Shown here: positions 45,069 through 54,713 of the stretch, in pieces
Layout: each line of letters starts with the position of its first letter
Numbering within the stretch: the stretch's first letter is position 1
Assembly: GCA_965218425.1 (NCBI GenBank)
Contig: OZ244621.1
Coordinates: forward strand, 1,504,001 to 1,568,000
Length of the DNA: 64,000 nucleotides
DNA from: an uncultured Candidatus Binatia bacterium
GTDB taxonomy: Bacteria > Desulfobacterota > Binatia > UBA9968 > CAXXLF01
Reading direction: 5' to 3'
Position numbers and translations under genes: made by a program
Notes under the pieces: model-generated
Seen by the model: only the letters and a program-made list of their open reading frames with translations
Told to the model about the DNA's origin: nothing
The model's database searches: none

Positions 45069-47039
45069 TTAATAGGTCCGGTTCTCGATGAAGTCCGCCA
45101 TCTCACGGAGCAAGCGGGCATCGTTCCCGAAGGCGAGGATCGTCTCTTTTGCCTCATCGATAAGCTTTTTAGCTCGTTCGCGGGAGACCTCGACGCCGAG
45201 GACCGAAGCGAATGTGGATTTGCCGTGGCGCGAGTCGCTGCCCTGCGGCTTGCCGTGTTTCTCCGTCGGGGCGGTGACGTCCAGAATATCATCAACGATT
45301 TGAAAGGCGAGGCCAATACACTCGCCGTAAATCGAAAGCTTCTCTAGCTGTTCGTCGGTTGCGCCTCCGGCGATACCACCCGCCACAACAGATGCGCGCA
45401 GAAGTGCCGCGGTCTTCATTTGGTGCAAGCGAATGAGGGCGTCAGAATCGAGCCTTAGCCCTTCGGAAAGGATGTCGATGACCTGCCCGCCGACCATGCC
45501 GTGGGCTCCCACCGCAGATGAGATTTCATGAACGAGACGAATGGCTCGCTCGGCTCCGATGCGCTCCGTTAGCGTCGGATCCCCAAGCAGCTCGAAAGCG
45601 CGGGTCAACAATGCATCCCCGACGAGAATCGCCATCGCTTCGCCATAAACCTTGTGTGTCGTTGGTTTGCCCCGACGCAGATCGTCATTGTCCAAGGCCG
45701 GGAGATCGTCGTGGACCAGCGAATAGGTGTGAATGAACTCAACGGCCAGCGCCGGCAACATCGCGTCGTTGGCCGTGGCCCCCACGGACTCCGCAGCCGC
45801 AAGCGTCAGGACCGGGCGAAGTCGCTTCCCGCCTGTAAGCACCGAATACCGGACCGCATCCGCGAGTTGGTGAGGGATGGACCCCTTGGGGAGCAACCTG
45901 TCCAAGGCCTTTTCAACGATCTCTCGCCTGGAAGTCATATAGCGGTTCAACAAATCGGCTGATCTCTCAGCAACGGGCGTGCTTTGGTGCTGCGGCGTGT
46001 TGGTCTGAGATCCACGGTTCAGGGAGCGAAAACTGGTCCGTAGCGCCTCGTCGTTGTCTGCGTGCTCGATGCAATCCTGGATCAACTGCTCGACTTCCCC
46101 ACGGGAGATCTTCACCTCTTCACCGTGGATGAGTTGCGCGTCATTTCCCCGCGCCAAGGCAAGGGTGCGCACTGCCATCCATAACGGCAGGAGACAGAAA
46201 ACCCTCATGTCGCGCTCCTCAGCCGGGATCGCCATACAGTATGTCAACGCGTGCCCGAACCCGTGCTGGGCTCGCCCGAACAGTGGTTCCAGAGCCGCAT
46301 GGGCCCGCTCTTTCGCGTCCGGTTGCAACAGTTCGGCGACTTCCAACCCCGCATCCTGGCACACCGTGCGCGGGACATAGCAGACTCCGCGATCCCAGTC
46401 GTCAGTGATGTTCTTGAGGATGTTGGTCAGCTGCAGACCGATGGCAAACTCCTCTGCGTTGGCGTTTAGGGTATGAGTCCGCGAGGCATTGAGATCGCAA
46501 GAGGTCGTAAACAAGTCGGTGAGCATATGCCCAACCGTTCCCGCGGCAAAGTAGCAGTACCGTTCAAGGTCCGCCATTGTTGTCAACGCCACGATACCAT
46601 CCCTGCAGGCCGGGCGATGGCGGTAGATGGTCATCCCGCGGGCCATCTCGCAAACGCTCCGTCGAATCGCTAGCTTTGTGGCGTCGGTGAACTCGGTGTA
46701 GACACTGAGGACCCGCGGAAGATTTTGCATGAGCCGATGCTCGGCGCTCGTCGGTCTTTTGCAGCTGTCAGGCAACCGGCCAGCGAAGGCGAAAGGCGAA
46801 GCGTCCTGCTCCAAGCAGGCGAGGAAGGACGAAAAGAGTCCGTCCCGCTCTGCCAGTGCGAGGTTGGGCTCGTCTTCGATTGTATCGGCAATTCGGCATA
46901 GCAGGTAACCGCAGGTAACCGCACGTTCGAGCGGTTCGCGTAACATCGCAATGGGAAGACTGAAGGACCGCGAGACCTCCTTCAGCGACTGCTGGCAGAA
47001 ACCCCAATCGGTGAGGTTTAAGGCTTCATCGGCTGACAT
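45069..47039 (-). CDS. Fusion of squalene/phytoene synthase (N) and FPP/GGPP-type polyprenyl synthetase (C)
   Basis: N-terminal VSRSF, RIADTIED, YCYFAAGTVG, GLQLTNILK; C-terminal GGKRLRP, VHDDLPALDNDDLRRGKPT, GGQ, KT, FQIVDDILD; single frame; GGGAGG RBS. Confidence 0.88.
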   Translation of the reverse strand: MSADEALNLTDWGFCQQSLKEVSRSFSLPIAMLREPLERAVTCGYLLCRIADTIEDEPNLALAERDGLFSSFLACLEQDASPFAFAGRLPDSCKRPTSAEHRLMQNLPRVLSVYTEFTDATKLAIRRSVCEMARGMTIYRHRPACRDGIVALTTMADLERYCYFAAGTVGHMLTDLFTTSCDLNASRTHTLNANAEEFAIGLQLTNILKNITDDWDRGVCYVPRTVCQDAGLEVAELLQPDAKERAHAALEPLFGRAQHGFGHALTYCMAIPAEERDMRVFCLLPLWMAVRTLALARGNDAQLIHGEEVKISRGEVEQLIQDCIEHADNDEALRTSFRSLNRGSQTNTPQHQSTPVAERSADLLNRYMTSRREIVEKALDRLLPKGSIPHQLADAVRYSVLTGGKRLRPVLTLAAAESVGATANDAMLPALAVEFIHTYSLVHDDLPALDNDDLRRGKPTTHKVYGEAMAILVGDALLTRAFELLGDPTLTERIGAERAIRLVHEISSAVGAHGMVGGQVIDILSEGLRLDSDALIRLHQMKTAALLRASVVAGGIAGGATDEQLEKLSIYGECIGLAFQIVDDILDVTAPTEKHGKPQGSDSRHGKSTFASVLGVEVSRERAKKLIDEAKETILAFGNDARLLREMADFIENRTY

Positions 47040-47130
47040 AGTTTCCTCCCACACTCTGCTCTTGTCATCCTATTCCAAAATGACATAGAGTCAACAAAAA
47101 TCCAAATTATGGCGGAGGAACAATGTTTAT

Positions 47131-47165
47131 AGTTGACTGTACATCAACTTGGGCCGATATGTCAA
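47131..47165 (-). promoter_or_regulatory. Sigma70-like promoter with an overlapping palindromic operator, upstream of the synthase fusion
   Basis: Minus strand TTGACA-N18-TACAGT; palindrome AGTTGA-ctgtaca-TCAACT at 47131-47149. Confidence 0.5.
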
Positions 47166-47209
47166 CCACCCTAAAATCACGAACAAATTCCTCCCCGCAC
47201 ACAGGTCTC

Positions 47210-48478
47210 CTAGAAACTGTAAGTCAGGTCCAGCGCGATGAAGCTGTCCCGCCGCGTCTGATGGTGGATTCGGTCCGCTTTGTCGACACCGAGAATGACC
47301 AGCGCCTCCAGGTGCAGAGACCACTGGTCCGAAAGGCGGCGGCCCAATTCGAAAGTCATTGAGCGTGTAGAATGATCCGCGTCTCCCAGAATGCTCGCGA
47401 CGATTTCGGTGCTGTCGACATCGTTGAATGCCAGGCGCGCGGCAAGGAAGAAATCATCGTTGAAGATATTGGTCGCATTTCGCCCCCGCCCGTCATAGTT
47501 CCATTCGCCGAGCAGGCTTAGATCGGCAGCCGAGCCGAATACGGAATTGAACGTGTATTCGCCGCCGAGAACGAAGGCGCCGTAATTCTGTTCCCTGCCG
47601 ATCTGGTTTCGAGCGCCGGCTCGGTGAATGGCCTCGATCTTGAACAACCAGGATTCGATGGTGAGCTGGGCGTCCAGCCCGAACTGGCGGATCTGCTCGT
47701 AGTACGGAACCAGGACCTGCGCGCCGCTGCGGTCCAGCCTCGGCGGCAGACAAACCAGACAAGGCTCCCGGCTGGTGCCGTCGAATACGCTGACACCCAT
47801 ATCGAGGGGTCCGAAGCTCTGACTGTACCGGGCGGCAACATCCACGTGCCACTCCGCGGCCGGGCTCTCATACGAGACACGCTCCGCGTCCACGATGAGC
47901 TGGGTGCGCAGGCGGCCGGATCGGCCCGGAAAGGTACGCTCCCGGTGATATGGCAAAGCAAAGATTTCCGCTGCGCCCCAATCGCCGGACCACGTGATAT
48001 GGACCATGGGTTGTCCCAGCTTGGCTTCTTCGTTCGGATGCTCGACGAGGTCGGTCTGGTTGATGATATCCACCAAGTGGCGCGATTCCGTGACTCCCCA
48101 GAACACCCGGTCGGCCCCAAGGCGCACCTCCCACTCGTCATCGCCGATTTTACCGAACAGTAGAAGATAGGCTTCACGCAGATCGAGATGGGTACGGCGC
48201 GGATCCGCGCCGTCGTATCGAAAGAACGGCGCCACGGTGAGGCTTCTACCCTCGACGTCTTCAACGTAGAGTTTCGGCTCCATGACGAAGCCGGTGGCAT
48301 GCGACCTCTGGCCGGGATGAGCGCCGGTCTCGTAATACCACCGGCCTTCAAGAGCTAGGCGCCCGGACAGCTCGTGGTCGGCAATCTCGATCGCGGCGCG
48401 CGCTCCGGCGGCAAAGACCGAGCCCAGGATCAGGACAACGCCGAGGGCCGCGACGCAAAGAGCGGCACGGACCAGCAT
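47210..48478 (-). CDS. Outer-membrane protein (DUF1302-like partner of MMPL/LolA-like systems)
   Basis: Signal peptide, DLREAY, FWGVTESRHLVDIINQTD, terminal YSF; TGATG coupling. Confidence 0.75.
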   Translation of the reverse strand: MLVRAALCVAALGVVLILGSVFAAGARAAIEIADHELSGRLALEGRWYYETGAHPGQRSHATGFVMEPKLYVEDVEGRSLTVAPFFRYDGADPRRTHLDLREAYLLLFGKIGDDEWEVRLGADRVFWGVTESRHLVDIINQTDLVEHPNEEAKLGQPMVHITWSGDWGAAEIFALPYHRERTFPGRSGRLRTQLIVDAERVSYESPAAEWHVDVAARYSQSFGPLDMGVSVFDGTSREPCLVCLPPRLDRSGAQVLVPYYEQIRQFGLDAQLTIESWLFKIEAIHRAGARNQIGREQNYGAFVLGGEYTFNSVFGSAADLSLLGEWNYDGRGRNATNIFNDDFFLAARLAFNDVDSTEIVASILGDADHSTRSMTFELGRRLSDQWSLHLEALVILGVDKADRIHHQTRRDSFIALDLTYSF

Positions 48479-49299
48479 CAACGCGCCCGTTTCAGGCCGG
48501 TTCGAGTGAAGTCGCGATCCTTGAGGTTGGTTCGGAACTTGAAATCCGTCCAGGTCAGAACGGTGCTTTTCCCCGTGAGATAATTGACCATGGTCATCTC
48601 GCTGGCGTACCAGTAACGGCCCAGGTGCTTCTCGTACTTCTCCAGGGTGAGGGTCTTCAGATGCGCGTCCTTGCGGTCGTAGTACTGCACTTTCCGGACG
48701 CGAAGCTCGTCCTGGTCGTGCCACACCAGTTGGCGGCGGTAGCCCGATTTCTTATCCAGCGGGACGCGTTCGGAGACCGTGCACGTCGAGTCGCCGCAAG
48801 GCTCGTCACGCAGATACCGGTAGGTGAATCGCTCCACCTCCTGGACGCTCATGTCCTCATAGGCGAATTCGCTGCCCATGAAGGAGCCGGAACGGTTCGA
48901 CGAGCTGATGCGCTTGACACGTTTCAGAGCGGGCAGGTAGAGCCATTGATCATCCGCGCTGTCCCTGTGGGCGTGGATGAGCAGTGCTGTCCCCTTGACG
49001 TCCCGCGGCTGGTCGAACACGAACATGCTCTTGTCGCCGTCTCCGGCCACCTCGAGAACCTTGACACGAAGCTGGCGGCGGCTTTTCTGTCCCTGCTTGT
49101 TGCGCAGCACCATCGTCTGGAGAGCCGTGAGATTGCCGAAGCCCTCCTTGCGCACGCGGGCTTCGGTGGCGATCTTCAGACCTTTTTCTTCGGGCGTCGC
49201 GCCCTCCGCGCGCGGTGGCGCGTGGAGATGAGCCAGAACATGAAGGCAGATCACGAGAAACAAGAGCGCCGATCGGGCGGGATAGACGTGGGGCATCAT
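48478..49299 (-). CDS. Outer-membrane lipoprotein-sorting (LolA-like) protein
   Basis: PRDVKGTALL, DDQWLYLPALKRVKRI, SFMGSEFAYED. Confidence 0.9.
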   Translation of the reverse strand: MMPHVYPARSALLFLVICLHVLAHLHAPPRAEGATPEEKGLKIATEARVRKEGFGNLTALQTMVLRNKQGQKSRRQLRVKVLEVAGDGDKSMFVFDQPRDVKGTALLIHAHRDSADDQWLYLPALKRVKRISSSNRSGSFMGSEFAYEDMSVQEVERFTYRYLRDEPCGDSTCTVSERVPLDKKSGYRRQLVWHDQDELRVRKVQYYDRKDAHLKTLTLEKYEKHLGRYWYASEMTMVNYLTGKSTVLTWTDFKFRTNLKDRDFTRTGLKRAR

Positions 49300-51584
49300 T
49301 TCCTCCGGTCAATGGCCATCAAGAGAGTCGGGAGAAGCAAGAAATCGCCTACCAGCGCGAAGATGAGCGTGATCGTCACCAGAAGGCCGAGGGCCCAACT
49401 GAGCTCGAACCCCGATGAAGAGAACACGAGCAGCCCCGCCGACAAGACCGCGGTGGTGGTCCATAGCGCGTGACCGACGGTGCGAAAGACGGAGCGCACG
49501 GCCTCGGGCGCCGGGAGCCCCTGGCGGCGGGCCTTCAGATATTCGGTGAGAAAATGAATCGTGTCGTCCACGATGATCCCGAAGGAGATCGCAACCACCA
49601 CCGAGGAGGCAATGCCCACGCGGCCGACGAGATAGCCCCACAGGCCGAAGCTCATGGCCGCGGGAATGAAATTCGGCAACAGACTGACGAGACCGAGGCG
49701 CACGCTCCTGAATACCCCGATCAGAATGAACGAAATGAGGGCCATGGCGATGATGGTGCCGCGCAGCATGCCGTGGATGTTTCGCAGGGAAAGGTGTGCG
49801 AAGACGATGCTGAGGCCCGTCGCCTCGGCGGCGAACCGAGGGGCATTGGCGCGGAGCCAGTCCTGCGCCCGCGCATCGAGCTCGCGCTGCTCCCGAGACG
49901 ACGTGCTGTTGACCACGACGGTCATGCGCGTGGCGGACTTGGCGACGTCGATGCGGTCGTTGAGGTCGCTGCCGAAGGGAAGCGAAAGCTCGTAGAGCAA
50001 CAGGTACTGCGCGGCGAGCTTCGGATCGTCCGGCAACCGGTAGAAGGCCGGGTCATCGCCGTGCATGTTCTTGTTCAGCCGTTTCATGATGTCCGGAAAG
50101 GCCTGGACGTGGCTCACCTCGGGCTGGCCCCGGTACCATTCGGCGAACGCATCCACAGCGCGCAGGTACTCGGGGTCGGTGATGCCGCCTTCGCGTCCCG
50201 CCTTGAGCGAGTACTCCAGCGTGATCAGGCTGGTCAGGTTTTCGATGACGAAGTCCGTATGGCGCCGAAACTCGTAGCGGTCGTCGAAATACTTCGTCCA
50301 GTTGTCGGTCAGTTCGTTGCGGGGAATGCCGATGGCAAGGGCCACCGCCAGAAGGGTGACGAACCAGAGCAGGAATCTGCGGCGCGCGACCACGAGGGAG
50401 CCGAAGCGGTCGAAGAAGGCAGGCCGTTCGGCGCGGACACGACGCGCGCGCAACGGCAGGATCGAAAGCATCGCCGGCAGGAGGGTCATGGAGTAGACGA
50501 AGGCGCACAACACGCCGAAGGCCACGAGATTGCCCAGGAGGTGAAACGGCGGCGAATCCGAGGCATTCAGGCTGAGAAACCCGATGGCCGTGGTGATAGC
50601 GGTGAGAAAAACCGGATAGGCGTTGAGGTGGAGCGATTCGGCGATGGCCGCATTCCTGTCCAGCCCGCGGCTCATGCCCGACAAGGTGGTGGTGACGACG
50701 TGGACCGAATGCGCCACGGCCACCGTCATGACGATGATCGGTACGCCGGAACTGGTGGGGCTCAACACCGCGCCGAGCCAGCCCGCGAACCCCATGGTGG
50801 TGCTGATGGCGAACGCAAGCACGAAAACGATGGACACGGTGCCCCATATCGAGCGCAGGAGAAGGGCCGCGGCGGCTACGATGATCAGGAACACGAGAGG
50901 TGTGAGGGTTTCGATATCGTCCTTCGTGGTGTCGGCGAAGGCGCGGTTCATGACCACGAGGCCGGTCAGGTAGTAGGCGATGTCCGGATGGCTCGCCCGG
51001 GCCTTGTCGAGGACGGCGTTGAGATAATCGGTAATCTCGACCACCGCGAGGTCCGGATTCTCGGGCAGGACGAAGTTGATCACCAACCCGCCCACGCGTC
51101 CGTCACGGGAGACCAGACGCCCGGCGATGTCGACCGCGTTCAGCGCGATCTTCTCGATCCGCGCCACGTCGGCATCGCTGAGCGACTGCGCGTCATCGAC
51201 CAGCGGCTCGACGACCAGGTCGTCACCGCGCGCCTCGCTATGGGTATAGTTGGTGAGGGAGTCGACCCGACTGGAATGGGGCGCGCGCCACGCGGCTTCG
51301 GTGAGCTCCTCGATGGCGCCGAGCGCCTCGCGGGTGAACACCGAGCCCTCTCGGGGCGCGACGGCGATCAGTGCCGAATTGGATGCCGAGTAGGTGCTCT
51401 CCAGGGCGTCGAAAGCGGCCAGTTGCGGATTGCCTTCGCCGAACATGATACGGTAATCGTTCGTGACGCCGAGGAAGCGGGCGCCCGCCGTCATGGCCAG
51501 CATGAGCAAGGTTGCGAGCGCAACTACCCACCATCGACGACGCAGAACGGCGGCGACGTAACGGTCCAATGGCACGGGAGTCAT
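49296..51584 (-). CDS. MMPL/RND family lipid transporter
   Basis: Two TM clusters with periplasmic loops, TAITTAIGFLSL, GIIVDDTIHF. Confidence 0.9.
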   Translation of the reverse strand: MTPVPLDRYVAAVLRRRWWVVALATLLMLAMTAGARFLGVTNDYRIMFGEGNPQLAAFDALESTYSASNSALIAVAPREGSVFTREALGAIEELTEAAWRAPHSSRVDSLTNYTHSEARGDDLVVEPLVDDAQSLSDADVARIEKIALNAVDIAGRLVSRDGRVGGLVINFVLPENPDLAVVEITDYLNAVLDKARASHPDIAYYLTGLVVMNRAFADTTKDDIETLTPLVFLIIVAAAALLLRSIWGTVSIVFVLAFAISTTMGFAGWLGAVLSPTSSGVPIIVMTVAVAHSVHVVTTTLSGMSRGLDRNAAIAESLHLNAYPVFLTAITTAIGFLSLNASDSPPFHLLGNLVAFGVLCAFVYSMTLLPAMLSILPLRARRVRAERPAFFDRFGSLVVARRRFLLWFVTLLAVALAIGIPRNELTDNWTKYFDDRYEFRRHTDFVIENLTSLITLEYSLKAGREGGITDPEYLRAVDAFAEWYRGQPEVSHVQAFPDIMKRLNKNMHGDDPAFYRLPDDPKLAAQYLLLYELSLPFGSDLNDRIDVAKSATRMTVVVNSTSSREQRELDARAQDWLRANAPRFAAEATGLSIVFAHLSLRNIHGMLRGTIIAMALISFILIGVFRSVRLGLVSLLPNFIPAAMSFGLWGYLVGRVGIASSVVVAISFGIIVDDTIHFLTEYLKARRQGLPAPEAVRSVFRTVGHALWTTTAVLSAGLLVFSSSGFELSWALGLLVTITLIFALVGDFLLLPTLLMAIDRRK

Positions 51585-51624
51585 CGACTCGACTATCCAG
51601 GGCCGGGAGCGAGCTCAAGCATCT

Positions 51625-52785
51625 TTACCATTCGCCTGATTTCGATGTGTAGACGTGGTCGGGCATCCTGTAACTCAGTCCACCCTCGTCGTACACCGAG
51701 ATTTGGAGAAGCTGAGTAAAATTTCCTGATCTGATTAACTGGTCGCTCTTCAGAAATCGCTGTAGGCGTTGTTTCATCCGGTAAGTGAACAGTGTTGGCA
51801 GCAGGTCAAAGGTCTTTGGAAACTGGAACGAGTCAGCGAGCTTGTTTCCTATGAGCGCTCGTGAAAGGCGGTGAGCCAGAGCTACCAAATTTTTCCGTTC
51901 AACCGGATCTTGTATGTCCGCCACTGACGGAATGGACTCGATCAACAGATTCGCCACGGCTATCGAATCGGCGTCCGCCGGCGGCTCGCACATATAGCCG
52001 ATCTTGTACATTCTTTCTGCCGTCGCGCCGTCTGTATAGAGGATCGTTTCAGGTATCCCCATGAGATAGCCGGCGTAGCGCCAGACGGCGAGGACACTCT
52101 CATATTCTTCCTTGCTGAACTTCGCGCCCAACATCAACGAGTATTCCAATAGACGCTTGGAGAAGACGGAGATGGCAAAACCCAGGTGCGCTGCGCTTAC
52201 CGGCGCGCCCCAAAGTTCGTGATTCCAATCGTCGGATTTCGCCAGCAGGCCCCTTATACGAGTATGAACGAAGCGAATGCGTGTGGACAGCTTCCATCCA
52301 TCGCCGTCTCTGAGCAAGCCACCGGGAAAAAATATGTCCATCATGTGGCGGTTATTCTGCTGGAGGCGTCTTTTGGTCGACGCCACTCGCCCGGTAATCT
52401 TGAAAGATTTGGCGATAAGCGTCGAAAAACCTTCCACCAGCACCCCCGTAACGAATGCGACGAGCATGAGGTCTACGTTTGCGTGGAAGGCGCGAATCCC
52501 TGGACGAAAGGCTTCGTAGTCGAGCCAGGGAGGATCTTCAAGATTTTTGAAGAAATCGCGCAGGGGTTGCGGCGCCTCGCGTAGAATCTCATCCCGCTGC
52601 TCTATGCCGGCCCCGATGAACCGGTGCAGGTCGCTTGGACTCATCGAGGAGGAGAGTTCCTCCATGATCGGGTCCAACTCAGGGTCGCCGATGGTGGTGT
52701 GCCGGATATAGTTGTCGACCAATGCCTCGTCATAGAGACGGGCCTTCGCATAACTTTCGGCGTATGCCCGTGGAGGCTGTTCCAT
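51625..52785 (-). CDS. MpaB/Lcp-like (DUF2236) oxygenase family protein
   Basis: GDPELD, RRLQQN, RIRFVHTRIR (putative heme His), WGAPVS, WRYAGYLMGIP. Confidence 0.8.
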   Translation of the reverse strand: MEQPPRAYAESYAKARLYDEALVDNYIRHTTIGDPELDPIMEELSSSMSPSDLHRFIGAGIEQRDEILREAPQPLRDFFKNLEDPPWLDYEAFRPGIRAFHANVDLMLVAFVTGVLVEGFSTLIAKSFKITGRVASTKRRLQQNNRHMMDIFFPGGLLRDGDGWKLSTRIRFVHTRIRGLLAKSDDWNHELWGAPVSAAHLGFAISVFSKRLLEYSLMLGAKFSKEEYESVLAVWRYAGYLMGIPETILYTDGATAERMYKIGYMCEPPADADSIAVANLLIESIPSVADIQDPVERKNLVALAHRLSRALIGNKLADSFQFPKTFDLLPTLFTYRMKQRLQRFLKSDQLIRSGNFTQLLQISVYDEGGLSYRMPDHVYTSKSGEW

Positions 52786-53324
52786 TTTGAATCTCCTTAC
52801 AGCCTGTCCGACAAGTGCCCGAGAAGGATTTCAGAAATCGGGCGTCGGACTCGGCGAGAATCACCGCATAATCCTCCTCACGCAACCACTGATTCGCGGG
52901 ACACATGAGCGAACAGATGTTTGGCTTGTTGACAAATACCGTCGGCCGTCAAGCCGTACTTCTCGCGAAACAGACCCTGGGGGCCTTGCTCGATGAACCA
53001 GTCGGGCTACCCCAGATACTTTACTAGCCTGATAATACTCTTAATCGGAAAATAGTTCAAGAACCGCAGACCCGAATCCGCCCATGGCCGTGGATTCCTC
53101 CACCGTATTATCAATTATCGCCGGGGACGAGTTGCGGTCAACTTTTGGGCGACCTGGTGTCCGCCCTGTATTATCGAGATGCCCCGGATGGAAATGCTTC
53201 ATCGGGAATTCCATAGCAACGGCTTGGTCATTCTGCCGGTTTCCACATTTCTCAATCAGCTTCCCTTGCTACTTTTCACACCCCAAAAACGTTTTTAAGA
53301 CCAACCGGCTCTGACAAGATGAGA

Positions 53325-53340
53325 GTTGACATCGGTCAAC
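53325..53340. promoter_or_regulatory. Palindromic site GTTGAC-N4-GTCAAC upstream of the solute-binding protein
   Basis: Perfect 6-bp arms with FNR/CRP-type spacing; overlaps TTGACA. Confidence 0.45.
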
Positions 53341-53473
53341 ATTGTGTAATAGAGTCCTCTCCGATTCCGGAAAGACCCGGTCAGGCAAGGCGTGCGGTGA
53401 CTGGTGAGGACAAACTCCCGGGGACCGCGTACATGCGAATGGGTAAAAACAGGACGATCAGGAGGTTGGACCG

Positions 53474-54598
53474 ATGTTCAAAAGGTATGTTCTAGCCGGC
53501 GTGCTGACGGCGGGGCTGCTTATGGCGGCTTATGGGGCTCCCGAGCCCGTGGCGGCGCAGTCTACCGATTTCAAGGAAAAGTGGGCGGCTCTGAAGGCCG
53601 CGGCGCAGAAAGAAGGGCGGGTCGTGTTTCGCATTGGCTCATCCGAGGCGCGGGCCTTTCGCCAGCACCGACGAGAGTTTGAGAAAATCCTAGGCATCAA
53701 GCTGGAGATCATCACAGGTAGCTCTCGGCGACTGATTCCGAAGCTCGTCGCGGAACGCGGCGCGGGCAGGTATACCATGGACCTGTGGCTGAGCGGTCCA
53801 TCGTCGGTGTACTCGCTGCTCATACCCGCGGGTGGCGTGGCGAAGTTGCAGCCGAACTTCCTGTTTCACCCCGAGGTGGTGGGAGATCCAGGTGTCTGGT
53901 TTGGGGATGGATTCCCCTATGCCGACCCCGAGCAAGAGCGGCAGTGGGCTTACGGGGCGGACCCGGACCCTCAGATCTGGTACAACACCAAGCGGGTGAA
54001 TCCCGACGAATTCAATTCCTTTCAGGACCTGCTGAACCCCAAGTGGAAGGGGAAGATCGTAGCGAGGGACCCTCGGCTATCAGGTGTAACCGGTCCGGCG
54101 GGGTTCCTCGTCGAAGTGGTGGGTAAGGAATGGGTCCGCAAGCTATGGAGTACGCAGAAGATTGTCATTGCGCCTGATGCCCGCACAGGCGCGGAGTGGC
54201 TGGCGCAGGGGCGGTACCTCGTGGGAATCTACGGATTACAAAGGGCGGTGAACGCCGCGATGCGAGACGGCCTACCCGTGAAGCCGCTGGAGAAGCCCTT
54301 CCCGGAAGGTGTGCAGGTGGGTATGGGTGGCCGAGGCTTTCAGGCGTTGACAAAGGCTCCTCACCCTAACGCTGCAAGGTACTTCGGTAACTGGTTCCTG
54401 AGCCGGGAGGGCCAGATTTTGTACCAGAGGATCACCGGTGACAACTCCCTGCGGACGGACATCCCCAAGGACGACGTGTCCCTGGACGACCGGATCGACC
54501 CCAAGGGCAAGAACTGGTACGACTGGAAGAAGACGATCGAGCGTGACGCAGCACAAGAGTGGCACCGCAAGCTACTGAAAGAGATCGGCGGATATTAA
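53474..54598 (+). CDS. ABC transporter substrate-binding protein (Fe(III)/AfuA-like cluster)
   Basis: Signal peptide, AAQKEG, YNTK.V, DLLNPKWKGKI, APHPNAA..F.NWFLSREGQ. Confidence 0.88.
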   Translation: MFKRYVLAGVLTAGLLMAAYGAPEPVAAQSTDFKEKWAALKAAAQKEGRVVFRIGSSEARAFRQHRREFEKILGIKLEIITGSSRRLIPKLVAERGAGRYTMDLWLSGPSSVYSLLIPAGGVAKLQPNFLFHPEVVGDPGVWFGDGFPYADPEQERQWAYGADPDPQIWYNTKRVNPDEFNSFQDLLNPKWKGKIVARDPRLSGVTGPAGFLVEVVGKEWVRKLWSTQKIVIAPDARTGAEWLAQGRYLVGIYGLQRAVNAAMRDGLPVKPLEKPFPEGVQVGMGGRGFQALTKAPHPNAARYFGNWFLSREGQILYQRITGDNSLRTDIPKDDVSLDDRIDPKGKNWYDWKKTIERDAAQEWHRKLLKEIGGY

Positions 54599-54713
54599 GG
54601 TAAGCAGCTGGAGCTGGGCTGCTCGTGCCTTGCATTGCTCCGCTCCAGCGCGCCTCCATTTCTTCAAGGCGGGTCCCAGTTAGTTCAAAAATAATTCTAG
54701 CACCGGAAATTAG

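Noticed and set aside
49470..51719. 749-aa plus-strand ORF, and similar long antisense ORFs such as 48625..49473
   Set aside because: Antisense shadows of high-GC genes with no recognisable motifs
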